Assembly: GCA_964016885.1 (NCBI GenBank)
Contig: OZ024755.1
Location: forward strand, 19,468,001-19,532,000
Source: Eledone cirrhosa
Lineage: Eukaryota
Reading direction: 5' to 3'
DNA length: 64,000 nt
The notes beneath the pieces were generated by a model. The model made no database searches, was not told the DNA's origin, and saw only the letters and a program-made list of their open reading frames with translations. The position numbers and the translations under genes were made by a program. Of the stretch, positions 26,261-37,636 are shown one piece after another. Every line of letters starts with the position of its first letter. Position 1 is the first letter of the stretch.

Positions 26261-26694
26261 TGAGTTGTATTGTTCTTGTGTTATATTTTTCCTTGTTGAC
26301 TTTTCATTTACACACACACACACACATACATACACACACACCCATACACACACACACACATGCCACAGTGTTCAAAATGCTATATCTTATTTGATGCATA
26401 AATGTTAATGTCACAATAGGGATCAATATATTGACACAGGACTTATCAAAAATGATATTTATTTTAGTATCTGTTGATATAGATTATGTTGCTTCTAGAA
26501 AACTTATGTGTACACATAATATATATATGCGTGTGTGTGAGAGAGAGAGACAGAGAAAAGTAAATGGTAAAAACACACTAGCATGGGTTAGACGGGAATT
26601 GTCCCATTCGAGGTAAGATTAATTGGGTGACCATATCTTTAAGGTTTTCTATGGCTGGATGCCCTTTCTAACACCAACCATATATATATATATA

Positions 26695-26892
26695 TAACGA
26701 AGGAGGTGTGGTAAGGAACCAGATGGACCATAACGCACCAGAGTACTCAATACTTAGGGTAGTAGAGTGGGTAATAGGAAAATGTTTAAGCCCGACGGCA
26801 GAGCTCAAGCCGTTTCGACGGCTATTTCTGGACTCAATAGAAATAGCCGTCGAAACGGCTTGACTTCTGCTGTCAGGGTCAAACATTTTCCG
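26695..26892 (-). mobile_element. Palindromic micro-element family P1 in (TA)n
   Basis: Reverse complement of 15828-16022 with variant hairpin centre. Confidence 0.8.
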
Positions 26893-26967
26893 ATATATAT
26901 ATATATATATATAAAGTGTGTGTGTGTGCATATATATTTCTGATATATATATTTATATATATTGGGA

Positions 26968-27000
<33 letters not shown>

Positions 27001-27934
27001 GATAGAGAGAGATTTATAATGTGTGTATCGCAGTTTTTACAATATATACAGCATATCCCTGCATGTCAAAAATGGTTGGCAACAGGATGAATATCTGGTA
27101 TAGAGGATAATATAGTTAACTCCTTACACACACACACATACAGACACACTCACACAGACACTCACACACATATACACATGCACACACAGACACTGATGCA
27201 CATGAATAGATATAGATAGATAAAAAAAATGGATAACTAGACAGATGGCTACATGGTTAGATTAAATAATTACACTCATATGATTTAGTCAAGAATTTGA
27301 TAGGTTTTTTTCTAGACAACTATTTCAATCTTCAATCTAATTTTTCAACACTACCGTTGAAAAGATGTCTAACATTTGTGAAAACCATGTTATCAAACCT
27401 AAATTTACTTTTGCTAAGAATGCTGTTGCACTTGTTGTCTATTCAAGGTTTCCTTGTATTAAATGAAACCTTGCAGTAACATCTACTTAATGAAACACCA
27501 TTGCTGTTGTAATGTGTTATAATAATTCAGGTCGGATACCATCACAGATATTGCACGATAGCTATTGTGTTATGTGAAAATGATTGACAGTTTTATGAAA
27601 CAGAACTGTATCAGCATTTTGTGTGGTGGAATAGTTGCTAGAGTCTTCTTCTTCTTCTTCGCTCACTTGGACACACTCACATATGTATATAATGCTAGAA
27701 CAGTTATTTGAAGAGATGTGAGAAACTTGTAAGATTTTCATATCTTCTTGTTCTTCGCCCACTTATTCCTGAGAGGATCGTGGGAGGCAGAGTCCTCAAA
27801 CACCCCTTCCAGTGGGTCCTGTCAGAAGCAACCGACTCCAACTGATCCGACTGGATCCCCAAGTGAGATCTATAAATAATACACAACAGTCCTTTTCTTT
27901 TCTTTTCACCTAACAATTAGAAAGGTTTTTCTTC

Positions 27935-28200
27935 GTCTTCTTCGCCCACTTATTCCTGAGAGGGTCATGGAGGCAGAGTCCTCAACCACTCCTTCTAGCG
28001 GGTCCTGTCAGAAGCAAGACCAGCCCAAGCAAGACCAGCCAAGCTCATGGATGTTATCCAACCATCTCGCTTGGAGTTTACCCCTGGGTCTCCTGCCAGT
28101 TGGTTTTTGCCCATAAAATCTGTCCTGTGATTCTTTTCTGAGACATTCTAACCACATGCCCATAATATCGTAGCTGTGACCTCTCAATACAGAGAAGTTG
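27935..28200 (-). mobile_element. Decayed RTE-type 3' end (second family); shorter copies at 27740-27870 and 16565-16705
   Basis: Shared CTTCGCCCACTTATTCCTGAGAGG terminus. Confidence 0.65.
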
Positions 28201-28228
28201 TCAGAGTGTCAGACAAAATCCCTTTATG

Positions 28229-29103
28229 TATGAAGGTCAGCTGAAAAGTTCATAGGCAGACCAAGATATTCTCATGGAATCACCATAGTCTCTGGAAGGA
28301 AACAATGCAGTCTTCTTCTTCTTCTTTTCGTATCTTCAAAGCATGTTGTTATATGACAGTTTCCCATTTCTTTACACAGTCCTTTGCATTATTATTAAAT
28401 CGGTCTGGTGGTATTATTAAATTGCCTTGGTGGTCAGGGTCACTGTGGCCTTTTACTGGGCTTTCTCCACAAATGTCCCTCCGAAGTCTCCCCCCTATTG
28501 GGGAATTTTTCATTGTTATTTTTTGTTACATCCTCTGTTTTTGTTTTTTACACGCAGAAATGCCCATTTGTACCGTCCTGTATTGTCCTGCACTGTCCTT
28601 AATGTCTACTTTATGTAAACCCTTGTGGTTAATAAAGAAATCGTTATTAATAAATCGGTCTGAGTTCAAATCCCGTCGAGGTTAACTTTGCCTTTCATCC
28701 TTACAGGGTCGATAAAATAAAGTACCAGTAATGTACAGTAATGTACACTGGGTAATTGCTGGCCTTGTGCCAAAAAGTAGAAACAATTATTAAATCCTGC
28801 AAGATCTTTTAAGCTGCACTGGTTGTAGAGGGCAAACAAGTCAAAAGCAGCAGCAACAATGCAGTTATTAATAAGAATAGTTCAAATTAATTGTTTCTCT
28901 TTTGGCACAAGGCCAGCAATTACCCAGTGTATTGCTGGTACTTTATTTTATCGACCCCCGTAAGGATGAAAGGCAAAGTTAACCTCGGCGGGATTTGAAC
29001 TCAGATCATAAAGGGAAGAGTTCAAATTAATGCATGCAAGAGTTCACAGCTCTAGCATCACTCTTTCATAGTCAGCCTATGAATTTTTCAGCCCACCCTC
29101 GTA
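28229..29103. mobile_element. Mariner-type non-autonomous element with nested SINE-B copies (28656-28790 +, 28890-29014 -)
   Basis: TA-TGAAGGTCAGCTGAAAAGTTCATAGGCAGAC versus GTCAGCCTATGAATTTTTCAGCCCACCCTCG-TA TIRs. Confidence 0.65.
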
Positions 29104-29186
29104 CTTTCTTCTGATTTCAGTATATCATCATCATCACACCTACTATAGTTGTCTTCATCATCTCTAGTCACCCCCAGTAACACTAT

Positions 29187-29206
29187 ACCACCAACACCAA
29201 CACCAT

Positions 29207-29243
<37 letters not shown>

Positions 29244-29853
29244 TCCCTCATCATCATAAACCCCTCTAGTGTGGCTGCAATCATCATCATCATCAGCAGC
29301 AGCAGCATCAACAGCAGCAACAGCATTAACAACAGCAGCAGCAACAGCAGCAGCAACAGCAGCAGCAGCAACAGTAGCAACATCAACAACATCAACAACA
29401 TCAACAACAGCAGCATCAACATAAACAGCAGCAACATCAATAGCAGCAGCAACATCAATAGCAGCAGCAACAACAGTAGCAGCATCAACATCATCAACAT
29501 CAGCATCAACATCAACAACAGCAGCAACAACAGCAGCAACAGCAGCAACAGCATCAACAACAACATCAACAACAGCAGCAACAGCAGCAACAGCAGCAAC
29601 AACAGCAGCAACAGCAGCAGCAACAGCAGCAACAGCAGCAACATCAGCAGCAACATCAGCAGCAACAGCAGCATCAACAACAGCATCAACAACAGCAGCA
29701 ACAACAGCAGCAACAACAGCAGCAACAGCAGCAGCAGCATCAACAACAGCAACAACATCAACAGCAGCAGCATCAACATCAACAACATCAACAGCAGCAG
29801 CAACAGCAGCAGCAACAACAGCAACAACAACAGCAACATGGTCAGCAGCAGCA
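29187..29853. repeat. Mixed CAG/CAA/CAT trinucleotide array preceded by (CTA)n
   Basis: Direct inspection; poly-Q frame broken by TAA/TAG. Confidence 0.95.
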
Positions 29854-30194
29854 GTTGTTAAAAGTTTCCCTTCATTTTACTTGTGCAATATTTCGAAACA
29901 TTTGACCAGCCATATTGAAATAAGGGGCTGGAGCCAATGGTGGAACCAAATCATTAATATTTACTCCCACAATAACAAGTACGAATTAGTCATAATTGCT
30001 GTTGTTGTTGTTTGTCTTGAGATAAAGCAATAGGGGACATGAGTATAGCAAAAAACAACCTCCTGGGCCCGGCTAAACTGAAAGGTTATGTTGATAAACT
30101 TGATAAATATGCAGTGTAAAATGTTACTGGTTACTGAGGGATCTATAAAGAACAGAAGATGGCATTGGTTCAGCTTCGGGGTGGATGGATGGAT

Positions 30195-30198
30195 GTAT

Positions 30199-30246
<48 letters not shown>

Positions 30247-30297
30247 TTATATATATATATATATATATGTTTATATATATATATGTTTATATATGTT

Positions 30298-30328
<31 letters not shown>

Positions 30329-31080
30329 ATGTATATATATATATGTTTATATATATATATGTTTATATATATATATGTTTATATATATATGTATATATAT
30401 ATATATATGTTTATATATATATATATATATATATGTCGTTTCTGAATTTGTTTAGCAAGATTCTTTATCTGAAATCGTGTGTTGAAACCGATATTGTTAT
30501 ACTTTGGGAGGGTCATGTTGCCAATAAGAAACACACGCACCATGTTGCCAATAAGAAACACACGCGTGTGTTTCTTATTGGCAACATGACCCTCCCAAAG
30601 TATAACAATATATATATATGTTTATATATATATATATATGTTTATATATATATATATATGTTTATATATATATATATATGTTTATATATATATATATATG
30701 TTTATATATATATATATATGTTTATATATATATATATATGTTTATATATATATATATGTTTATATATATATATATATGTTTATATATATATATATATATG
30801 TTTATATATATATATATATATGTCTATATATATATATGTTTATATATATATATATATGTGTTTTATGTATGGCTGGCTGAATGTATATACATATATATGT
30901 ATGTCCATATGTTTGTGTATATATACATAAGTATATATGTATGTCCATATGTTTGTGTATATATACATAAGTATATATGTATGTCCCTATGTGTGTGTAT
31001 ATATACATAAGTATATATGTATGTCCCTATGTTTGTGTATATATACATAAGTATATATGTATGTAACATATATATATATG
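30195..31080. repeat. (TA)nTGTT compound microsatellite and ~40-bp minisatellite; contains insert 30435-30611
   Basis: Direct inspection. Confidence 0.9.
30435..30611. mobile_element. Palindromic micro-element in (TA)n
   Basis: Arms 30491-30538 and 30565-30611 with internal ~25-bp direct duplication; first ~68 bp shared with 33815-33883. Confidence 0.7.
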
Positions 31081-31287
31081 GTTAGGAAGCTGCAGTGAAT
31101 TTCACTGGGATAGAAAAATCTCCATTGAGGGGGTAGAATTAGGAAATTTATAGAAAATATGAAGAGAACCATTTTCCTGGCACCATAATAATATTACTAA
31201 TTACTAATTATACCAATAATGATTATGAAAAGTTTGAAGGTTATGGGAAAGTAAAACAGAAAGAATGTTCCTCTTCTCTTCTCATTT

Positions 31288-31480
31288 TCACCCACTTATT
31301 CCTGAGATGGTTGTGGGGGAAGGGGCAGAGCCCTGAAACACTCCTTCCAGCGGACCCTGACAGACGCAACAGTTTCCACCTGATCCGGCTGGATCCCTAA
31401 GCAAGACCAGCCAAGCTCATGGATGTTATCTGACCATCTTGCACAGGGTCTTCTCCCGAGTCTCCTACCAGTTGGTTTTG
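31288..31480 (-). mobile_element. RTE-type 3' end (second family)
   Basis: AKPTGRRLGRRPCARWSDNIHELGWSCLGIQPDQVETVASVRVRWK. Confidence 0.7.
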
Positions 31481-31694
31481 CCTGTTCGAAAAAAATATGT
31501 TGCAGTCTCCATTTCATGTTGCAAAAACTGGCAATGGGCCTGCGACATATCCTAGCAGGCATGGGATGGATGCACAAATACTGCATATCCCAAGACCCGA
31601 AAAAGGGTTTGCAAGGGAACAAACTTCTCATATAAAATTGAAATCAAACTTTTTCAGGTTTTTTCTGTGTTATTTGCATTATTTGTATAATTAA

Positions 31695-31887
31695 GGGTGG
31701 TGGACTGGCAGTATCGGTGGAGGGTTGGATGCTATGCTTTGGTGTAAAGAGTTCCGGCCCTTTACGATCTGAGTTCAAATCCCGCCGAGGTTAACTCTGC
31801 CTTTCATCCTTACGGGGTCAATAAAATAAAGTACCAGTAATGTACTGGGTAATTGCTGGCCTTGTGCCAAAAGTAGAAACAATTATT
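31695..31887 (+). mobile_element. SINE family B, full length
   Basis: GGGTGGTGGACTGGCAGTATCGGT head, B-box, core, tail. Confidence 0.85.
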
Positions 31888-32131
31888 TGTATCATTTATG
31901 TTCAAATAGGCAGCGAATTGGCAAAGTTGTTAGAACATCAGATAGAATGCTTTGGGGTATTTGTTTTGGCTCTCTGCTTTTGGAGTTAAAATTGCACTAA
32001 GATCAATCTTACCTTTCATCCAATCGAGATCAGTTGATTTCATCGAATTCCACTCTTCCCCAAAATTGTTGGCCTTGTGCCTAAAACAGAAACACACCAA
32101 CACACACACATATATATATATATATATGTAT

Positions 32132-32548
32132 CTAAGGCGGGTAAAATTCCCGAGATCCATGGACGAGTTCTCTCCAGCGGTCTCTGTCCCTCATTATCGC
32201 TGCCATGTCCTGCGTCTCCAACAGACCAGTGTCTGTCCTTAGGGCATCAACATACGTTAACCTTGGTCTTCCTCTTCTAGTGTGTCTATGTAGGGGCTCC
32301 CAAAGGAGTACTGAGTGCAATGTCAACTCTGGATGTCGGTGAGTATGTCCAGCCAACCTCAGTCTCCTCTGTTGTATGCGCCTTGCACTGGAGAAACACC
32401 AGGACTCTGGCTTTACTCTAGCACCGGCTCAGAGCAGGAGAGTTAGGGCAAAAAAGGTATCGGATGCTGAATTTGCCGACGACATAGTTTTGGTGACAAA
32501 TACAGTGAAGGAGGCAGAGGATTTGATGCGGGAGGTTGAGACTGTCGA
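32132..32548. mobile_element. RTE-type LINE fragment with 5' inversion (third family)
   Basis: 3' end on - strand (LWEP..RRGRPRLTYVD) joined to RT core on + strand (SRRVRAKKVSDAEFADDIVL); (TA)n on both sides. Confidence 0.75.
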
Positions 32549-32563
32549 TGAGTGTGGGGCTGA

Positions 32564-32601
<38 letters not shown>

Positions 32602-32724
32602 GTGCGTTTCACATACAATCCTGATTAGTCAACATGTTTATATATATATATATATATACTGTATATACTGTATATACATACATGTGTATATATATCCCCC
32701 CCCCCCCCCCAAAAAAAGTCCAAA

Positions 32725-33003
32725 GTATGTCCTAAGCCAGAAGGCTCATTTGGCCGGTGCTTATCCCGGTTTCATGGCGTGAAGCGACCGAGAGTACAAG
32801 ACTTCCCCCTGGACAGGACGCCAGTCCATCGCAGGGTTAAACCTCCAGCTATTGCTGGTACTCATTTTCAGCTGAGTAAACTGGAGCAATGTGAAATAAA
32901 GTGTCTTGCTCAAGGAAACAACACATCACCCGGCCCGAGAATTGAACTCACAACCATTTGATTGCAAGCCTAATGCTCTAACCACTAAGCCATGCGCCTT
33001 CAC
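32725..33003 (-). mobile_element. SINE family C (family-A head with V-domain-like body)
   Basis: Same tRNA-like head as family A, then GCGATGGACTGGCGTCCTGTCCAGGGGG. Confidence 0.75.
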
Positions 33004-33020
33004 GTATATATATATATATA

Positions 33021-33202
33021 TCATCATCATCAGGTCGAGCTTGCTCAGCTTTCTACGACACACTTCCTCCATCCATCTCTGTCTCTCATAGCGTTTGCCA
33101 GTTCTTCCGCAGTGCATCCAGTATTGTCCTCAAGTTGCTTGACGTATGTCTTCTTGGGACGACCAGCGTTTCTTGCTCCATGAGATGGACTCCATAACAA
33201 CA
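33021..33202 (-). mobile_element. RTE-type 3' end
   Basis: LLWSPSHGARNAGRPKKTYVKQLEDNTG; (GAT)n tail. Confidence 0.75.
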
Positions 33203-33769
33203 CATATATATATATATATATACACATATATGTATATACACATACATACTAATTAAAAAATTATTTCACGTTGCTCCTTCTACCTGAAGTTGCGACCGAT
33301 AGATAGTATTAGCAATTGGAAAGACCAACGGAAACATTGTTTCCTCGGTCTGATTTGACGAAAGTCGATCGACAAATTTTATTTTTTTTGTCTCTATTAC
33401 TTAGACATCTCAATAAATAGATAAAATATCACTCAGTGAAGCTATTTTACATATCAAACTTAAGCCAAAATTTCAATTTAGGGTAGCATAAGTCAGACAG
33501 ACTAAAATAAGTTATTTTGGCATAAGTTTAATATATATGTGTATATATATATAGAGAGAGAGACACACATACATATGGTCATCAGCTGTTGAGATGGGCT
33601 TGGGCAGTTTCAAGCCCTACTAACGGTACTGCTGGGCTTTCTGGAGTCACAGTAAAGGATATATGCCAAATATTGTCCAAAGGAGTGAAAGACAAAATAC
33701 AAACAGTAATTTATAGCCATTAAGCTAGAAACATATACAATTTTGTGTGACGTTATGGGAAACGTATGC

Positions 33770-33817
<48 letters not shown>

Positions 33818-33927
33818 CGTTTTTGAATTTGTTTTGTGAGATTTCTTATCTGAAAACGTGTGTTGAAACAGATATTGTTATACTAACCCTAGCCCTAACC
33901 AACCAGCAAATCCTTCTCATTTCTCAC

Positions 33928-34067
33928 TCATTTCTCATTCTTCCTTCAGATGAAGGACTAGCATCTGAAATGTTAAGACCCTCTTCCTGCTATTTCAGGA
34001 AATAGCAGGAAGAGGGTCTTAACATTTCGGATGCTAGTCCTTCATCAGAAGGAAGAATGAGAAATGA
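33928..34067. repeat. 69-bp-arm inverted repeat with minimal hammerhead-like cores
   Basis: 2-nt spacer; - strand CTGATGA-A-GGA-ctagca-TCC-GAAA. Confidence 0.8.
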
Positions 34068-34169
34068 AAAGGATTGAAAGGACTGGGTAAGGCGGAATAA
34101 AACATGTTTTTAGAAAAAAATAACAGGTCCGTTCATGTTGCCATTGGAAAACTGTTGATGCTGGCATTT

Positions 34170-34171
<2 letters not shown>

Positions 34172-34231
<60 letters not shown>

Positions 34232-34259
34232 TTATATATATATTGACACACACACACAG

Positions 34260-34335
<76 letters not shown>

Positions 34336-34357
34336 TTATATATATATTGACACACAG

Positions 34358-34404
<47 letters not shown>

Positions 34405-34452
34405 TTATATATATATTGACACACACACACAGACACACACAGACACACACAG

Positions 34453-34518
<66 letters not shown>

Positions 34519-34546
34519 TTATATATATATTGACACACACACACAG

Positions 34547-34596
<50 letters not shown>

Positions 34597-34624
34597 TTAT
34601 ATATATATTGACACACACACACAG

Positions 34625-34665
<41 letters not shown>

Positions 34666-34802
34666 AAGATAGACATAGAATATTCGAAAATATTCTGTAT
34701 GTTTATCATACAGAATATTTTCGAATATTCTATGTCATTTAATCCAATATATATATATATATATACATATTTATATATATATTGACACACACACACACAC
34801 AG

Positions 34803-34850
<48 letters not shown>

Positions 34851-34864
34851 TTATATATATATTG

Positions 34865-34934
<70 letters not shown>
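34172..34934. repeat. (TA)n/(CA)n compound array with ATATTGACAC linker
   Basis: Direct inspection. Confidence 0.9.
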
Positions 34935-34937
<3 letters not shown>

Positions 34938-35243
34938 AACAAAAGATGGTTAAAAGAGTTCCATGTATTTTATTATGCGCATTTCAAAAACAAATATCAT
35001 CATGCAATAATATTTGTGTTTTCATCAGATAAAACAGGAAGACATGATATGAAGGTTAAAAAACACTTCTGGATAGTGCAGTTTTAAATCAACATATGAA
35101 ATGCACATAATAAAATACATGGAACTCTTCTTTTAACCATCTTTTGTTCTTATATATTATGTATACTCCAGTCCTACAAACTGTAGAGTGCTTCTTATCC
35201 GATATCTGCATTGCTTTATTGTACTACAATAAAACTCACCTCC

Positions 35244-35249
<6 letters not shown>
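34931..35249. mobile_element. Fold-back pseudo-LTR-like element in (TA)n
   Basis: Arms 34931-34986 and 35097-35156; tail 35160-35249 also found at 57886-57972. Confidence 0.7.
34968..35034 (-). ncRNA. Type I hammerhead ribozyme (minimal)
   Basis: TTTTAT-CTGATGA-stem II-GAAA-T-GCGC-A-TA-ATAAAA; 6-bp stem I; palindromic ATGCGCAT stem III. Confidence 0.75.
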
Positions 35250-35282
<33 letters not shown>

Positions 35283-35560
35283 AAATATTATCTTACTGAA
35301 TAATGTAAAAATTTGATATTAACTGAGCAAATATTATCACCATGTAGCATCAGAGTGAATGGTAATCATGTATAAGATGAAGTCATTATCAAAGTAATGT
35401 TAATAAATAAACAAATAAAGAAATCATTGTTATTGTTTTGTTTTTTTATTGTTGTTGTTGTTGTACCTTTTTTAGCAAACAGAAACCTGTTCTTTCCTGT
35501 CTGCTGATATTTACAATGGCTTTTCCATGCTATTGTTATGCAAACATTACATCAAGGGAA

Positions 35561-35611
<51 letters not shown>

Positions 35612-35716
35612 TGGTGGTGGTACTAGTTGTAGTAATGGCAATGGTGGTGGCAATAGTATTTGTAGTGGTAGTTGTAGTACTAGTCGTCATCATAGTAGTA
35701 GTAGTAGTAGTAGTAA

Positions 35717-35754
<38 letters not shown>

Positions 35755-36016
35755 ATAGTAGTAGTAGTAGTAGTAGTAGTAGAAATATTCACCATTATAG
35801 TAGTAGTAGTAGCAAGCAGCTACTGTAACAAGAGCAGTACCATCATCAGCAACATCAACATCAACACAATCATCATCATCACCATCATCATCATCACCAT
35901 CATCACCATTATCATCACCATCACCATCACCATCACCATCATCACCATCATCATCATCATCATCACCATCACCATCATCACCATCATCATCATCATCACC
36001 ACCATCAGCATCATCA
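35561..36016. repeat. (TAG)n followed by (CAT/CAC)n trinucleotide arrays
   Basis: Direct inspection. Confidence 0.95.
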
Positions 36017-36094
36017 TGAGACACTGAGTATACAATCCAGTTAAGATGCTTGGAATCTCCAAGTCTGGTTTGGTCAAGACATACATTTGGATAG

Positions 36095-36396
36095 GAACTG
36101 GGGTGAGATAATTAGCAGAGTGGCAGGGTCTCACCCTGAACTGGGATGAGATAATAATTGGGGTGGCTGGGTCTCTCCCAGAAATGAGATGAGGTAATGA
36201 GCCAGGTGGCAGGGTCTAACCCAGAATAGGATCTCACCCAAAACTGGGATGAAGTAATTAGCAAGGTAGCAGGATCTCACCTAGAACTGGGATAATGTAA
36301 TTAGCAAAGTAGCAGGATCTCACCCAGAACAGGGTCTCATCCAGAACTGGGATGAGGTAATAAGCAAGGCAGCAGGCTCTCACCCAGAACTGGGAC
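36095..36396. repeat. Degenerate ~41-bp minisatellite (TCTCACCCAGAACTGGGATGAG core)
   Basis: About 7 diverged units. Confidence 0.75.
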
Positions 36397-36704
36397 AACA
36401 AGCTATTATCAAAAGACCAGACAGAGGTAGCAAATGTGTACTTCACTATTATACCTTGCTCCAGTTTTCATCTCATCTGATTGAAGTGTCTGCTCCTTTC
36501 ATTTCTTGTGGCAGGAACATGTTCTATTATTCAGGCAGTTCATATGCTTCTAGTGCACTGCATGCCATGGCTATCGATTGAAGCACAAACATGTGCTAAG
36601 GTTGCAGCATTTGCAAACATTCCTGGACAGTGAACAGGTGGGGTTGCCTTTTGTCAAGAGTGTCTTTCTGAAGTTTACCTCTTTGTCTGAACTGCAGTCA
36701 TGGT

Positions 36705-36932
36705 TTAACCCTTTAATGTTCAAACCAGCCAAAACCGGCCAGAATTCTCTCCCTCTATCTGTTGAAACTGGCTATAACTGGTCACTCAAACTGATGTTAA
36801 ATTATTGTTCTCAAAATAAATACTTTCAAAATCTCATAGATTCGATATTATGTGAGATAATTATGTGAGGTAAAGCCTTTACCATGAAAATATAACAGTA
36901 TATATAAAGTAATGTGAATGCTAAAGGGTTAA
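36705..36932. mobile_element. piggyBac-like MITE
   Basis: TTAA ends; nearly identical to 7619-7844. Confidence 0.8.
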
Positions 36933-37040
36933 GTGAAAATAAAGACTGGGCAGCTTGCATCTGAAATGTTGTCAGGCATTCACAGCCCTCTGTCCATTGG
37001 ACAATGAGGTCAGTGTAAATTATACATTAGTGTTCTACAG

Positions 37041-37196
37041 AGGACTATAGAGTACTATTGGTAGACATGGATGACATTGTTCTCAAAGAAACTTCAGATG
37101 TTGGCCAAGTTGAACTGACGAGTTTCTTCCAAAGAACTTTCAAACCCAGGAACTATGGAAAATTTTTTAAAATCCCTGCCCTGCCAGTGTTTGGTG
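37041..37196 (+). CDS. Candidate internal coding exon (xDYRVLLVDMDDIVLKETSDVGQVELTSFFQRTFKPRNYGKFFKIPALPVFG), product unknown
   Basis: Acceptor tgttctacAG, donor G|GTAAGT, 156 nt, phase 1-1, open frame in non-repetitive sequence. Confidence 0.5.
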
Positions 37197-37199
37197 GTA

Positions 37200-37636
37200 A
37201 GTAGTTGTGGTGATGATGGTGGTTGTAGTAGTAATGGAGGTTTGGAGGGTGGTGGTGGTAGTAGTAGTAGTAGTAGGAAGAGGTTTGGTAGGAGGTGGTG
37301 GTTGTAATAGTAGTACTAGTTGTAATGGAGGTTTGGTGGGAGGTGGTGATAGCAGTACTAGTAGTAATAGTGATGGAGGATTGGTGGGAGGTGATAGTAG
37401 CAGTAGTAGTAATGGAGGTTTGGTGGGAGGTGGTGATAGCAGTAGTAGTAGTAGTAGTAGTAGTAATGGAGGTTTGGTGGGATGTGGTGATAGCAGCAGC
37501 AGCAGTAGTAGTAGTAGAAATGGAGGTTTGGTGAGATGTGGTGAATATAGTAGTAGTAGTAGTAGTAATGGAGGTTTGGTGGGAGGTGGTGATAGTAGCA
37601 GTAGTAGTAGTAATGGAGGTTTGGTGGGAGGTGGTG
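37200..37636. repeat. AATGGAGGTTTGGTGGGAGGTGGTGATAG-(TAG)n compound minisatellite
   Basis: About 9 units. Confidence 0.85.

Noticed and set aside
29271-29861. Poly-Q/S/N protein
   Set aside because: Simple trinucleotide array; Q frame has stops; no convincing splice or start context
33285-33375. CCTGAAG...GACCGA/TCGGTC...GAAAGTCGATC hammerhead-like segment
   Set aside because: Core is CTGAAGT rather than CTGANGA and the stems do not close properly
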